The notes under the pieces are model-generated. The model was given only the letters and a program-made list of their open reading frames with translations. It had not been told where the DNA came from and searched no databases. Below, one piece after another: positions 16,210 through 24,000 of a DNA stretch of 32,000 nt. Position 1 is the first letter of the stretch. Each line of letters begins with the position of its first letter. This stretch comes from an uncultured archaeon (GTDB taxonomy: Archaea; Iainarchaeota; Iainarchaeia; Iainarchaeales; JAAZKV01), in assembly GCA_964551375.1 (NCBI GenBank), contig CAZKBG010000001.1, positions 450,001-482,000 of the forward strand. Direction: 5' to 3'. The position numbers and the translations under genes were made by a program.

Positions 16210-17313
16210 TTACACCCCGCCGGCAACATATTTCTTTAATTGGAAATAGTCAAAATCCCAATACTGCGCATTACCGCCTGAACTTTTTATAACCTGAATT
16301 ATTGGCCCGCAAGAATTAGCAATGACATTAGGAATGTTTGTTGTTATTACCCCAATATTAGTATCTATTCCGGTAAAAGTATTTCGAATATAAAAAGTAA
16401 TAACAGAAGCGTCTGAGTTGCTTTCAATCTTAAAATCATTCCAATTATTGTCGAGATGCACCCCTGTATCAATTCTTGTTCTTACGCCACCTTTTGCGGT
16501 AACTATATTCCAAGTAGGAATTGTGGTAACAGCAGAGTTATCCTCTTCAATATATACTCCGTCAGTAAAATCACCGTTGGTTGTATTATCCCCGCAGCCG
16601 ATTCTTAAAATAAATTTATTCGACTGAGTCAAGTCGCTAAAAAGCTTTGCATTAAATTCCATTGTTTCATTTCCTGTAAAAAACATTGAAGTAGTTCCAA
16701 GGTTTATTGTAGCATATTTGTTGTTACCAGTTCCAGGATTCATCGAAAGTATCCCCATTCTATTAACATCAGCAACATCAAATGAAACACTTGCACCACC
16801 GCCTGAACTCGCAGAATTCCAACCCAGCTGCCCAATCTGCCCGCTTGTCAAATCCCTACCCATGAATTCTTCCTTAAAGATTAAACTATTATCAAGCGTC
16901 GGAGGCGTATAACCATAATCTCCCATATCAACGCTTAACGCGCCTGTACCTGCGGTGCTAGTTAAAATGCCTTTTCCAAGAGCTGATAAGTATGTTTCAT
17001 TTGAAAGTGAGTTGCTGTCAGTTTGAGTGATGAAATTTGCATCGCTAAAAGTATTTCCATTATACCTGTTTAAATCCGAAATTTTATAACAAGTCAAAAA
17101 ATCGCAGATAAAATTCTTATCCGACTTTAAGACATCAATTGTGTTTAAATCAATCAGCCACTTATTTGAAGTGTTCAATAAACCAAGAGAATAAACATTC
17201 CCGTCAGTAAAAGCAGCAAATGCATTGCATGAAAAAAAAAGCACTGCAAAGATAGCAGCGATTTTAAAATAATCCACTACCTTCCCCCCGGAATAGGTTT
17301 GATTAAAGTCCAA
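16210..17313 (-). CDS. Secreted protein with a Sec-type signal peptide; paralog of the C-terminal module of the upstream 589-aa pilin
   Basis: Signal-peptide-like (V)DYFKIAAIFAVLFFSCNAFA/AF. Residues ~38-367 align colinearly with residues ~270-589 of ORF 17277..19046. The track start at 17313 is a TTG inside the upstream gene. An in-frame GTG at 17277 overlaps the upstream stop (TAGTG) and follows GGGGGGAAGG, so it may be the real start. Confidence 0.7.
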   Translation of the reverse strand: MDFNQTYSGGKVVDYFKIAAIFAVLFFSCNAFAAFTDGNVYSLGLLNTSNKWLIDLNTIDVLKSDKNFICDFLTCYKISDLNRYNGNTFSDANFITQTDSNSLSNETYLSALGKGILTSTAGTGALSVDMGDYGYTPPTLDNSLIFKEEFMGRDLTSGQIGQLGWNSASSGGGASVSFDVADVNRMGILSMNPGTGNNKYATINLGTTSMFFTGNETMEFNAKLFSDLTQSNKFILRIGCGDNTTNGDFTDGVYIEEDNSAVTTIPTWNIVTAKGGVRTRIDTGVHLDNNWNDFKIESNSDASVITFYIRNTFTGIDTNIGVITTNIPNVIANSCGPIIQVIKSSGGNAQYWDFDYFQLKKYVAGGV

Positions 17314-19046
17314 TAATCAACAACAGCAGTTCTTGCAGTGGTTCCGGCGCTTTTAATTATATAAAAAGTAGGTCCTGTTTCTCTCCCTGCTGCAATAGGC
17401 ACATTTGAGCCGATTACTCCAACATTTGTGTCATTAATGTAAAAAGTCGCGCCGTTGCCTGTTGCATTAAAATCAATTTTGAATCTTGCCCAGCTGGTGC
17501 TCACAGCAGCAGACGTATTTACTTTTGTTCGGGTTGAGTTATTTGAAGCAGCAATTCTCCAATTCAAAGACTGAGTCCTGTCATATTCGAAATACACTCC
17601 GTCAACAAAATCAGCGCTTGGAGAATCCCCTAAACCCATTCTAACAATATAATTATTTGTTGCATCAGCAAGAATAGGAAGCTGCATGCTAAATTCAATA
17701 ACTTCGTCTCCGGATAAACGAACAGTAGTAATTCCAAGATCAACGCAGGATCTTCCTTTCGCAGTTGTTCCGGTAGTCATAGTCAATAATCCAATACGAT
17801 TAACATCAGCAAGCCCGCAAGAAGCAGCAGCGCCTGCGCCGTTCACAGTAAGCGACCAGCCAAGTGCACCAAGCCTTCCTGTAACATTGTTTGAGCCAAC
17901 AAACGGCTCTTGAAGAACTGTCGCATAAGATAAACTCCCTGGAATATAATCAAGCCCAGGAGTTACTGTTTGAAGCACTCCGTTTCCATCATGCTTCAAT
18001 AACCCAGTCGGAAGAGTAGATAACGCAAATGCATTAGGAAGACGAGCATCAGGAGTTCGAATTATATAATTTGCATCAGCAGGCGCCCCCGCAGGACCAA
18101 GCCTGTTAAGGTCAGAAATCAAGTAACAAGTATTTGCGTCGCAAAGCTTATTCAAATCCGATTTTAAGAAACCTATTGTGTTCAAATCAATCTGCCACTT
18201 ATTTAAAATACTCAACAATCCGAGAGAATAAACATTCCCGTCAGGAGTACCGCCAACACAAGCGCCTTGAGTAACGCATTGCGCAGAATTTATTGAAACC
18301 TGAATAAAAGTAGTTGCTGAGCCGATATTAGAATCAATTCTTAAAATTCCTGAATAAACACCCGCGGTTTGATTTGCAGGGAATGATATTGTAAGATTGA
18401 CATTTTGTGATGCATTTGCATCAAGAGCGGATGGAAGAGCGCCAAGAGAAACAAGCGGAGAAACATTCCCTGTTATTGAGGAAGTAAAACTTCCGGCTTT
18501 TCCGCCGGATTGATTCCAAAGATTAATCGGATGACTTGTATTATACCCAGTATTATAGTCAACCGCAACCAAAATCATTGCGGGAGTAAGGCTTATTCCA
18601 AGAGTTTCACTTGCAAGACTCACAGCCCCAGACGAATCAACTTCAAGAGTAAGAGTTTGAACCCCTTCAGTTATAGGAAGAGCTCCGGAAACATTTGCTT
18701 TTGTGTCAGCATAATAAGTGACATTTCTATCCCCTGAAAGAATAACCAATCTTACCAAATTATTCTGCAAAGAATATGAAATAACATCAGGAGGCATTTC
18801 AACATCAACGCTGATCCTGCTTCCAGGGCCAAGAGCATACACCTGATTAATTGCGGATGCAATTTTATTCACCGCAGTAATAGCTTTTGAGTCATTAATT
18901 GAATTAGTCACCGTGCTTGTGGAGTAAAAGAAAATAATTCCCACAAAAACCAGCACAATTCCAGCAACCACAATATATTCCAGCGCAACCTGCGCCCTGC
19001 TTTTGCCGCGTGTGTTATTATTGATTGAATTAAGAATTTCCAACAC
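17277..19046 (-). CDS. Large pilin-like protein: class III signal peptide, Ig-like middle region, and a ~320-aa C-terminal beta-rich (lectin/jelly-roll-like) module; candidate pilus adhesin
   Basis: The N-terminus NNNTRGKSRAQVALEYIVVAGIVLVFVGIIFFY is an RA/Q-x-x-LEY class III signal. The middle region has a CARDB/Ig-like pattern (NVNLTISFPANQTAGVYSGILRIDSNIGSATTFIQVSIN). The C-terminal module starts at GNVYSLGLL and contains LGALGWS...ADVNRIGLLTMTTG...IVRMGLGD...DFVDGVYFEYD...WARFKIDF...TFYIND. It is the first gene of the operon and uses a GTG start at 19046. Confidence 0.75.
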   Translation of the reverse strand: MLEILNSINNNTRGKSRAQVALEYIVVAGIVLVFVGIIFFYSTSTVTNSINDSKAITAVNKIASAINQVYALGPGSRISVDVEMPPDVISYSLQNNLVRLVILSGDRNVTYYADTKANVSGALPITEGVQTLTLEVDSSGAVSLASETLGISLTPAMILVAVDYNTGYNTSHPINLWNQSGGKAGSFTSSITGNVSPLVSLGALPSALDANASQNVNLTISFPANQTAGVYSGILRIDSNIGSATTFIQVSINSAQCVTQGACVGGTPDGNVYSLGLLSILNKWQIDLNTIGFLKSDLNKLCDANTCYLISDLNRLGPAGAPADANYIIRTPDARLPNAFALSTLPTGLLKHDGNGVLQTVTPGLDYIPGSLSYATVLQEPFVGSNNVTGRLGALGWSLTVNGAGAAASCGLADVNRIGLLTMTTGTTAKGRSCVDLGITTVRLSGDEVIEFSMQLPILADATNNYIVRMGLGDSPSADFVDGVYFEYDRTQSLNWRIAASNNSTRTKVNTSAAVSTSWARFKIDFNATGNGATFYINDTNVGVIGSNVPIAAGRETGPTFYIIKSAGTTARTAVVDYWTLIKPIPGGR

Positions 19047-19068
19047 CCGATAGGAATAGTTTTTTCAC

Positions 19069-19076
19069 TTTAATAA
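19069..19076 (-). promoter_or_regulatory. Putative TATA box of the pilin operon
   Basis: The minus strand reads TTATTAAA, centred about 26 nt upstream of the GTG start at 19046. This fits a leaderless transcript. Confidence 0.35.
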
Positions 19077-19181
19077 GGTTTTCCAAGCAGCAAAAATTCA
19101 GCAAATCGCCAAAACAAGCGATTATACCCAGTTTATACGGTTTAAAAAACCTCCCCTAAATGCAATAATTAGTGATTGTAA

Positions 19182-20177
19182 ATGACAAAAAAAATTGACC
19201 CAAAAAAAGCCCTGTTCAAAAAATCAGTGGAGCTTGGGGAAGGAAAAATACAAGGCTATAATTTTGACGAAGCGTTTGATGCTAAAAAATTCTTTGACTC
19301 GTTTAAAGACACCGGCTTTCAGGCAACAAATCTTGGAAAAGCAATTGAACTTACAAAAAAAATGCAAAAAGAAAGCGCATTCATATTCCTTGGATTCACT
19401 TCAAACGTAGGAACAAGCGGATTAAGAGAACAAGTAACTTATTTGACAAAAAATAAATTAGTTCACTTTTTATTGACAACAACAGGAGGGCTTGAAGAGG
19501 ACATAATCAAAACGCACGGGAACTTTCTTCACGGCGATTTTGAAGCAGACGGAGCAGAGCTAAGAGAAAAAGGAGTAAACAGAACAGGAAATATTTTTGT
19601 TCCAAACGAAAGATACATCTGGTTTGAGCAGTTCATGCAGCCTTTTTTGAAAAAACTTTACGATGAGCAAAAAAAGACCGGAAAAATAATTGACAATGTT
19701 GAATTTATCAAAAAACTCGGAAAAGAGCTTGAGGGAAAAGCAAATTCAAAAGAAAGCTTCACTTACTGGGCATACAAAAATAACATTCCGCTGCTATGCG
19801 TTCCGCTTGCCGACGGAGCAATAGGAGACCACATTTACCTTTTCAAAAAAGAACACCCTGACTTTATGATTGATTTAACAAAAGAACTTGAAGTGCTTTA
19901 CGACACTGCAATAATACAGGATAAAATCGGAGCAATAATAATCGGCGGAAGCGTTCCAAAACACCACATCATGGCGGCATGCATGCTAAGAGAAGGAGCT
20001 GATTACACTGTTTACATTAACACTGGATATGAAGGGGAAGGAAGCAACGCAGGAGCAAACCCGGAAGAAGCAAAATCATGGGGCAAAGCAGCTCACAACA
20101 AAGACAGCGTAAAAGTTTGGTGCGAAGCAACAATCGCATTCCCAATACTTGTAGCAGCAGGATTTAAGTTGAAATAA
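19182..20177 (+). CDS. dys: Deoxyhypusine synthase
   Basis: The 331-aa protein carries family-typical blocks: FLGFTSNVGTSGLREQVTYLTKNKLVHFLLTTTGGLEEDIIK, VPNERY, IIIGGSVPKHHI, and EEAKSWGK near the C-terminus. The family is found in archaea and eukaryotes. Confidence 0.9.
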   Translation: MTKKIDPKKALFKKSVELGEGKIQGYNFDEAFDAKKFFDSFKDTGFQATNLGKAIELTKKMQKESAFIFLGFTSNVGTSGLREQVTYLTKNKLVHFLLTTTGGLEEDIIKTHGNFLHGDFEADGAELREKGVNRTGNIFVPNERYIWFEQFMQPFLKKLYDEQKKTGKIIDNVEFIKKLGKELEGKANSKESFTYWAYKNNIPLLCVPLADGAIGDHIYLFKKEHPDFMIDLTKELEVLYDTAIIQDKIGAIIIGGSVPKHHIMAACMLREGADYTVYINTGYEGEGSNAGANPEEAKSWGKAAHNKDSVKVWCEATIAFPILVAAGFKLK

Positions 20178-20184
20178 CAAATTA

Positions 20185-20202
20185 AAGCAAAATATTTTGC
20201 TT
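20185..20202. terminator. Perfect 18-nt palindrome between convergent genes (possible bidirectional terminator)
   Basis: AAGCAAAAT/ATTTTGCTT lies 8 nt after the dys stop and about 29 nt from the stop of the convergent phosphatase gene. It is flanked by A/T runs. Confidence 0.3.
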
Positions 20203-20230
20203 CTTTAAAAAAAGTCAGCCAAAATAAAAA

Positions 20231-20800
20231 CTACTTAAACTCAACCACATATTTTCTAAAATCGCTTGGGTGATGCGCAACAGCCGCCGCCCTGCTCGGA
20301 GATAACCCTTCAAGATACTCTACCACAAGCTTTATTGAGTCCTCATGCGCGCAAATTGCAACATTTTTTCTTTCTTTTTTCATAAACCTCAAAACATCGC
20401 TCATGAAAGGAAAAACCCTTTTTGAAACTGCAAGCAGGCTTTCCCCATTAGGAATTTCAAAATGATACTGCCCGTGAGGGTCAAGAGCTTTTTTTGAATT
20501 TAATTTAAATTCATCAGCAGAAATAAAACCAGTAATTGCGCCAAAATTTCTCTCACGCAATCTGTGGTCAATTACAACTTTAGCCCTTAAATGAGTTGCA
20601 AGAGTTATTGCAAGAGTTTCTTTTGAAGCGATTAAATCAGAACAGAACGCAACATCAATTCTTTCATTTTTTAATTTTCTTTCAAGCTCTCTTGCCTGAT
20701 TCTCGCCCTTGCTGCTCAAAGGCAAATCAACCCAGCCAGTAAGAAGATTATCAGCAAAATGAAGCTCCCCGCTTCTAAAAACAATAATTGATAGTTTCAT
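20231..20800 (-). CDS. Histidine-phosphatase (phosphoglycerate-mutase-like) fold protein with a degenerate catalytic motif
   Basis: IIVFRSGELHFADNLLTGWVDLPLSSKGENQA aligns with the canonical RHGE-x-x-N...TGW-D-x-x-LS-x-x-G block, but RHG reads RSG. RERNFG and CAHEDS correspond to the E and distal-H motifs. A TATA-like AATAAATAAAAA is centred about 28 nt upstream of the ATG. Confidence 0.7.
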   Translation of the reverse strand: MKLSIIVFRSGELHFADNLLTGWVDLPLSSKGENQARELERKLKNERIDVAFCSDLIASKETLAITLATHLRAKVVIDHRLRERNFGAITGFISADEFKLNSKKALDPHGQYHFEIPNGESLLAVSKRVFPFMSDVLRFMKKERKNVAICAHEDSIKLVVEYLEGLSPSRAAAVAHHPSDFRKYVVEFK

Positions 20801-20918
20801 ATAGTAATTAGCACTGGACGAGTTTTTATTTATTAACTACGCTTAAGAATTTTCAAAAAACAAATCAATAGTTAACTTGTCCAATAAATTGAGTTTGGTT
20901 TAAGCAAAAGCTGTATTC

Positions 20919-21056
20919 ACAAACCAACCTCTTTCTCCCAAAGCTCAACAACGATACCGCACGCACCGTTTCGCCGGTGCATCACGATGCCGGGACAAAC
21001 CCGGCTGCGCAACAATAACTTCTACAAACCAACCTCTTTCTCCCAAAGCTCAACAA
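20919..21056. repeat. 33-nt perfect direct repeat (20919..20951 and 21024..21056) duplicating the 3' end of the wHTH regulator gene
   Basis: acaaaccaacctctttctcccaaagctcaacaa occurs twice, 105 nt apart. The copy at 21024..21056 encodes the last 10 codons (VELWEKEVGL) of ORF 21022..21558. The downstream copy keeps the same reading frame and ends in TGA instead of TAG. Confidence 0.9.
20952..21023. other. 72-nt GC-rich insert with two perfect hairpins, bracketed by the 33-nt direct repeat
   Basis: The sequence is cgataccgcacgcaccgtttcgccggtgcatcacgatgccgggacaaacccggctgcgcaacaataacttct. Hairpin 1 is GCACCG-tttcgc-CGGTGC and hairpin 2 is GCCGGG-acaaa-CCCGGC. G+C is about 60% by my count (about 70% over the first 58 nt), in an AT-rich intergenic context. 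Confidence 0.6.
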
Positions 21057-21558
21057 AGTTATCAACAAGCTCGTCAAGAAAACTCTTTTTATATTCTACA
21101 AAAAGCCCCATGATGCTGTCCTTATCGCCCAAATTAAAATAAATTTTCCCCCGGATTGTTTTCTGAAGAACTATCTTGGAAGAAAGAAGCTTCTGCATAT
21201 GAAAACTTGTAGTCGAAAGCCCAAGACCTACATTTTTTGAAATCACAGGAAGAGTAGCCCTTCTTTTCTGCATCAAAAACAAAACAATTTTTCTAACTGA
21301 ATCCTGCCTCAAAAGATTCATCAGCTTAGTATCCCTAACATCAGTCTGCAGAGCATAAAAACGCGAAAACTTCCCCTCTTTTTCTTCGCGGATAAAATTT
21401 TTCTTTTTTAAATAATCAAGATGATACTGCATTGCGCCGTTTGCAATATTAGTCCTTCTCTGGACTTCCCTAAAATGAAGCCCGGGATTTTTTACAATAG
21501 TAGAATAAATCCGGTCTCTTGGCGTAAGTGCTACCGCTTCATCAAGGCGCTTTAACAT
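21022..21558 (-). CDS. Transcriptional regulator with two winged helix-turn-helix domains (ArsR/TrmB-like)
   Basis: The first wHTH is IYSTIVKNPGLHFREVQRRTNIANGAMQYHLDYLKKKNFIREEKEGKFSRFYA. The second is IVLFLMQKRRATLPVISKNVGLGLSTTSFHMQKLLSSKIVLQK. Confidence 0.75.
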   Translation of the reverse strand: MLKRLDEAVALTPRDRIYSTIVKNPGLHFREVQRRTNIANGAMQYHLDYLKKKNFIREEKEGKFSRFYALQTDVRDTKLMNLLRQDSVRKIVLFLMQKRRATLPVISKNVGLGLSTTSFHMQKLLSSKIVLQKTIRGKIYFNLGDKDSIMGLFVEYKKSFLDELVDNFVELWEKEVGL

Positions 21559-21577
21559 AAGTACTCACCCTGCACAC

Positions 21578-21940
21578 TCATTTTCTGAATATAGCCACAA
21601 AAAGCCCCGCAATAATCAATAAGTCAAAGAAAGACTGGATTGAGTAATTGAAAAAGTTCCCGCTTGAAACATACAAATCAAGAACAACCAAAAGCGACTT
21701 AATAAAAAATAACGCAAACGCAGCGCTTACCCACGCAAGCTTAGACGACTTCTTTTTCTTCCACGCAAGCGCGGAGATGGCAAAAATACCAAGCGAAACA
21801 AGCAAAAGAACCCACACAATTACCGGCTCAATAATCCCGATTGCGGCTGCAGGCGCCCTTAAAGGATCCCAAGGCGCGGCAAAAACAACCGATGCTAAAA
21901 ACAAAAAGAATAAAGAAACTGCCACTATTTTCGCAATCAT
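21578..21940 (-). CDS. Small integral membrane protein (about 4 TM helices), function unknown
   Basis: The 120-aa protein has four hydrophobic segments. GGGTGGTGTAA (Shine-Dalgarno) precedes the ATG. It lies 19 nt upstream of the wHTH regulator on the same strand. Confidence 0.6.
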   Translation of the reverse strand: MIAKIVAVSLFFLFLASVVFAAPWDPLRAPAAAIGIIEPVIVWVLLLVSLGIFAISALAWKKKKSSKLAWVSAAFALFFIKSLLVVLDLYVSSGNFFNYSIQSFFDLLIIAGLFVAIFRK

Positions 21941-21998
21941 TTACACCACCCAAATAATGCCGGCCAGAAACCTTTCCAGCTCGCAAAAATATAACACA

Positions 21999-22019
21999 CA
22001 AGAGGTTAAAAACCTCTTG
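21999..22019 (-). terminator. 9-bp perfect hairpin downstream of gatB (possible operon terminator)
   Basis: CAAGAGGTT-aaa-AACCTCTTG. On the minus strand it is followed by TGTGTTATATTTTTGCGA, which is T-rich. It lies between the gatB stop (22111) and the next gene's start (21940). Confidence 0.35.
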
Positions 22020-22110
22020 AGGTGAAATGACAGGACTGACAAACACTTGTTTGCCCTTTATTAAAGCGGTTTTGGTACAATTATTACCACTAAAAACTTC
22101 TGTAGAAAAA

Positions 22111-23520
22111 TTAAATTTTTGCTAGTTTTTGTTTTAACTTTTCCTGCACATCTTTAGGACTCGTAGTGCCCTTTGTTTCCCTCATTACAAGACCCGCGAG
22201 GAAGTTAAACGATTTTTCGTTTCCTGATTTAAAATCAGCAGCAGCTTTCTCATTTGAGGCAATGACTTTCTCAACAATAGCGTCAAGATTAATCGCCGAG
22301 GAAATTAATAGATTGTTCTTTTCCAAGTAAGCTTTCGGAGAGGATTTGTCTCCAGAAATATAATTAATCACAGCCTGTTTGGAGTTTTTATCAGAAACTT
22401 TTCCAGCCAGAAGAAGGGCGACAAGCTCTGCTAAATCGCCCGCATTTATTTTAACATCCTTCCAGTCAAGCGAGTCATGATTTAAAACCGCAAGCACTTC
22501 CCTAGTCAGAATTCTTGCGCTCAAAACCGGATCAGCCTTTTTTTGAGTCAATTCATCAAACAATTTTCCTAAATTAAAATCCCTGCACAAAACTTTTGCG
22601 TCATATTCGCTCAATTTAAATTCGCTGATAAGCCGTGATGCTTTGGCATCAGGAAGCTCAGGCATTTCAGCTTTTACTTTAATCAAATAATCCCTGCCCA
22701 AAGATACTTTCACAAGATCAGGATCAAAAATATATCCATAATCATCTTCAGTTTCTTTCTTTCTTAGTTCAACAGTGGTTGAATTTTCAGCATTAAACGC
22801 TCTTGTGTGCTGCTCAATTACCCTGCCCATTTTTACTTCCTGCTTCTGCCTTGCAATTTCATAAGTTAAAGCAGTTTCAGCCGCGGCAAAACCAGAAACA
22901 TTTTTTATTTCAACTCTCTTCCCGCCGTTGATTGAAACATTGCAGTCAACTTTAAGCGTAGTATCAGGCTTGAGCACGTGAAGATAACTTAAAATATTTT
23001 CCAGTTTATTCAAAAACTCCCTTGCTTCCTGCGGAGAGGACAAATCAGGCTCTGTAACAATTTCAACAAGCGCTAAGCCTGAGCGATTGTAATCAATTAA
23101 AACATAAGAACTCTTCCCCATTCCGTCAGGATGAACAAGCGCCGCGGGGTCCCATTCAATATGCGCTCTTTTTATTTTTATTTTCTTTCCGCCAGAAAGA
23201 AGCATGAATCCGTTTTCAGCAACAGGAACTTCATACTGCGTAATCTGATAATTCATGCTCATATCAGGATAAAAGTAAGTTTTTCTGCTGAAGAAAAAGT
23301 TCTCATTAATTTTGCAATTTAATGCAAGTCCAACTTTAGTCCCAAGCTCAACCGCAGCTTCGTTTAAAACAGGCTTGCTTCCTGGATGCCCAAGGCAAAT
23401 AGGACAGCACGCCGTATTAGGTTCGACTGCGTCAGTGCTGCATGAACAAAATAGTTTTGATTTTGTTCCAAGATAAGCATGAATCTCAAGTCCGATTATT
23501 ACGCTTGTATTATCCGCCAA
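22111..23520 (-). CDS. gatB: Asp-tRNA(Asn)/Glu-tRNA(Gln) amidotransferase subunit B
   Basis: VIIGLEIHAYLGTKSKLFCSC...CPICLGHPGSKPVLN is the GatB N-terminal signature, and the C-terminal tail is YqeY-like. The TTG start directly follows the GNAT stop (TAATTG). Confidence 0.9.
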   Translation of the reverse strand: MADNTSVIIGLEIHAYLGTKSKLFCSCSTDAVEPNTACCPICLGHPGSKPVLNEAAVELGTKVGLALNCKINENFFFSRKTYFYPDMSMNYQITQYEVPVAENGFMLLSGGKKIKIKRAHIEWDPAALVHPDGMGKSSYVLIDYNRSGLALVEIVTEPDLSSPQEAREFLNKLENILSYLHVLKPDTTLKVDCNVSINGGKRVEIKNVSGFAAAETALTYEIARQKQEVKMGRVIEQHTRAFNAENSTTVELRKKETEDDYGYIFDPDLVKVSLGRDYLIKVKAEMPELPDAKASRLISEFKLSEYDAKVLCRDFNLGKLFDELTQKKADPVLSARILTREVLAVLNHDSLDWKDVKINAGDLAELVALLLAGKVSDKNSKQAVINYISGDKSSPKAYLEKNNLLISSAINLDAIVEKVIASNEKAAADFKSGNEKSFNFLAGLVMRETKGTTSPKDVQEKLKQKLAKI

Positions 23521-24000
23521 TTATTCCACCCTCATAATCATTCTTGTCATAAGCGGTTTTAATCCATTTTTTGTGTAAAGCCCTATCGCAGCAGTATTTG
23601 ACACATCAACATCCAATACAACAAAATCCGCCGAAACCCTTTTTCCAAATCGCTTCGCTTCAAGGAATAATCTTTTTGCAACGCCCCTTCTTCTAAATTC
23701 AGGCTCAACAAACATATCAGTTACTGCCGCTTGTTTTTTATATTTAAAAATTGGAATCCCTTCTTTATATGTGCAGAAAATATACCCCACAATTTTTCCC
23801 CCGCTCTGCGCAAGGTAAAACATTGAATTCTTTGAAGCAAGGTGTTCAGTAAAAAACTTTTTCACCTGCTTTTGGAAATTAACCTGAAGCGAGTAAAATT
23901 TGTCAATATCTTCATGCGAGCGCGCAAGTTTTTCCTGCAAAGACACAAGCGTGTCAAGATCCTTAATAGTCGCAGGCCTATAATTTATTTCATCACTCAT
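23521..24000 (-). CDS. GNAT-family N-acetyltransferase
   Basis: The acetyl-CoA binding motif is VEPEFRRRGVAKRLFLEA (Q/RxxGxG/A type). At 159 aa it has the typical GNAT length and layout. It is embedded between gatA and gatB with an ATGA overlap at 23997..24000. Confidence 0.8.
   Translation of the reverse strand: MSDEINYRPATIKDLDTLVSLQEKLARSHEDIDKFYSLQVNFQKQVKKFFTEHLASKNSMFYLAQSGGKIVGYIFCTYKEGIPIFKYKKQAAVTDMFVEPEFRRRGVAKRLFLEAKRFGKRVSADFVVLDVDVSNTAAIGLYTKNGLKPLMTRMIMRVE

Noticed and set aside
20952-21023. GC-rich insert as a tRNA fragment or tRNA-like att site
   Set aside because: The two hairpins (6-bp stems with 6- and 5-nt loops) do not match T-arm or anticodon-arm geometry. There is no acceptor-like pairing and no similarity to either tRNA in the window.
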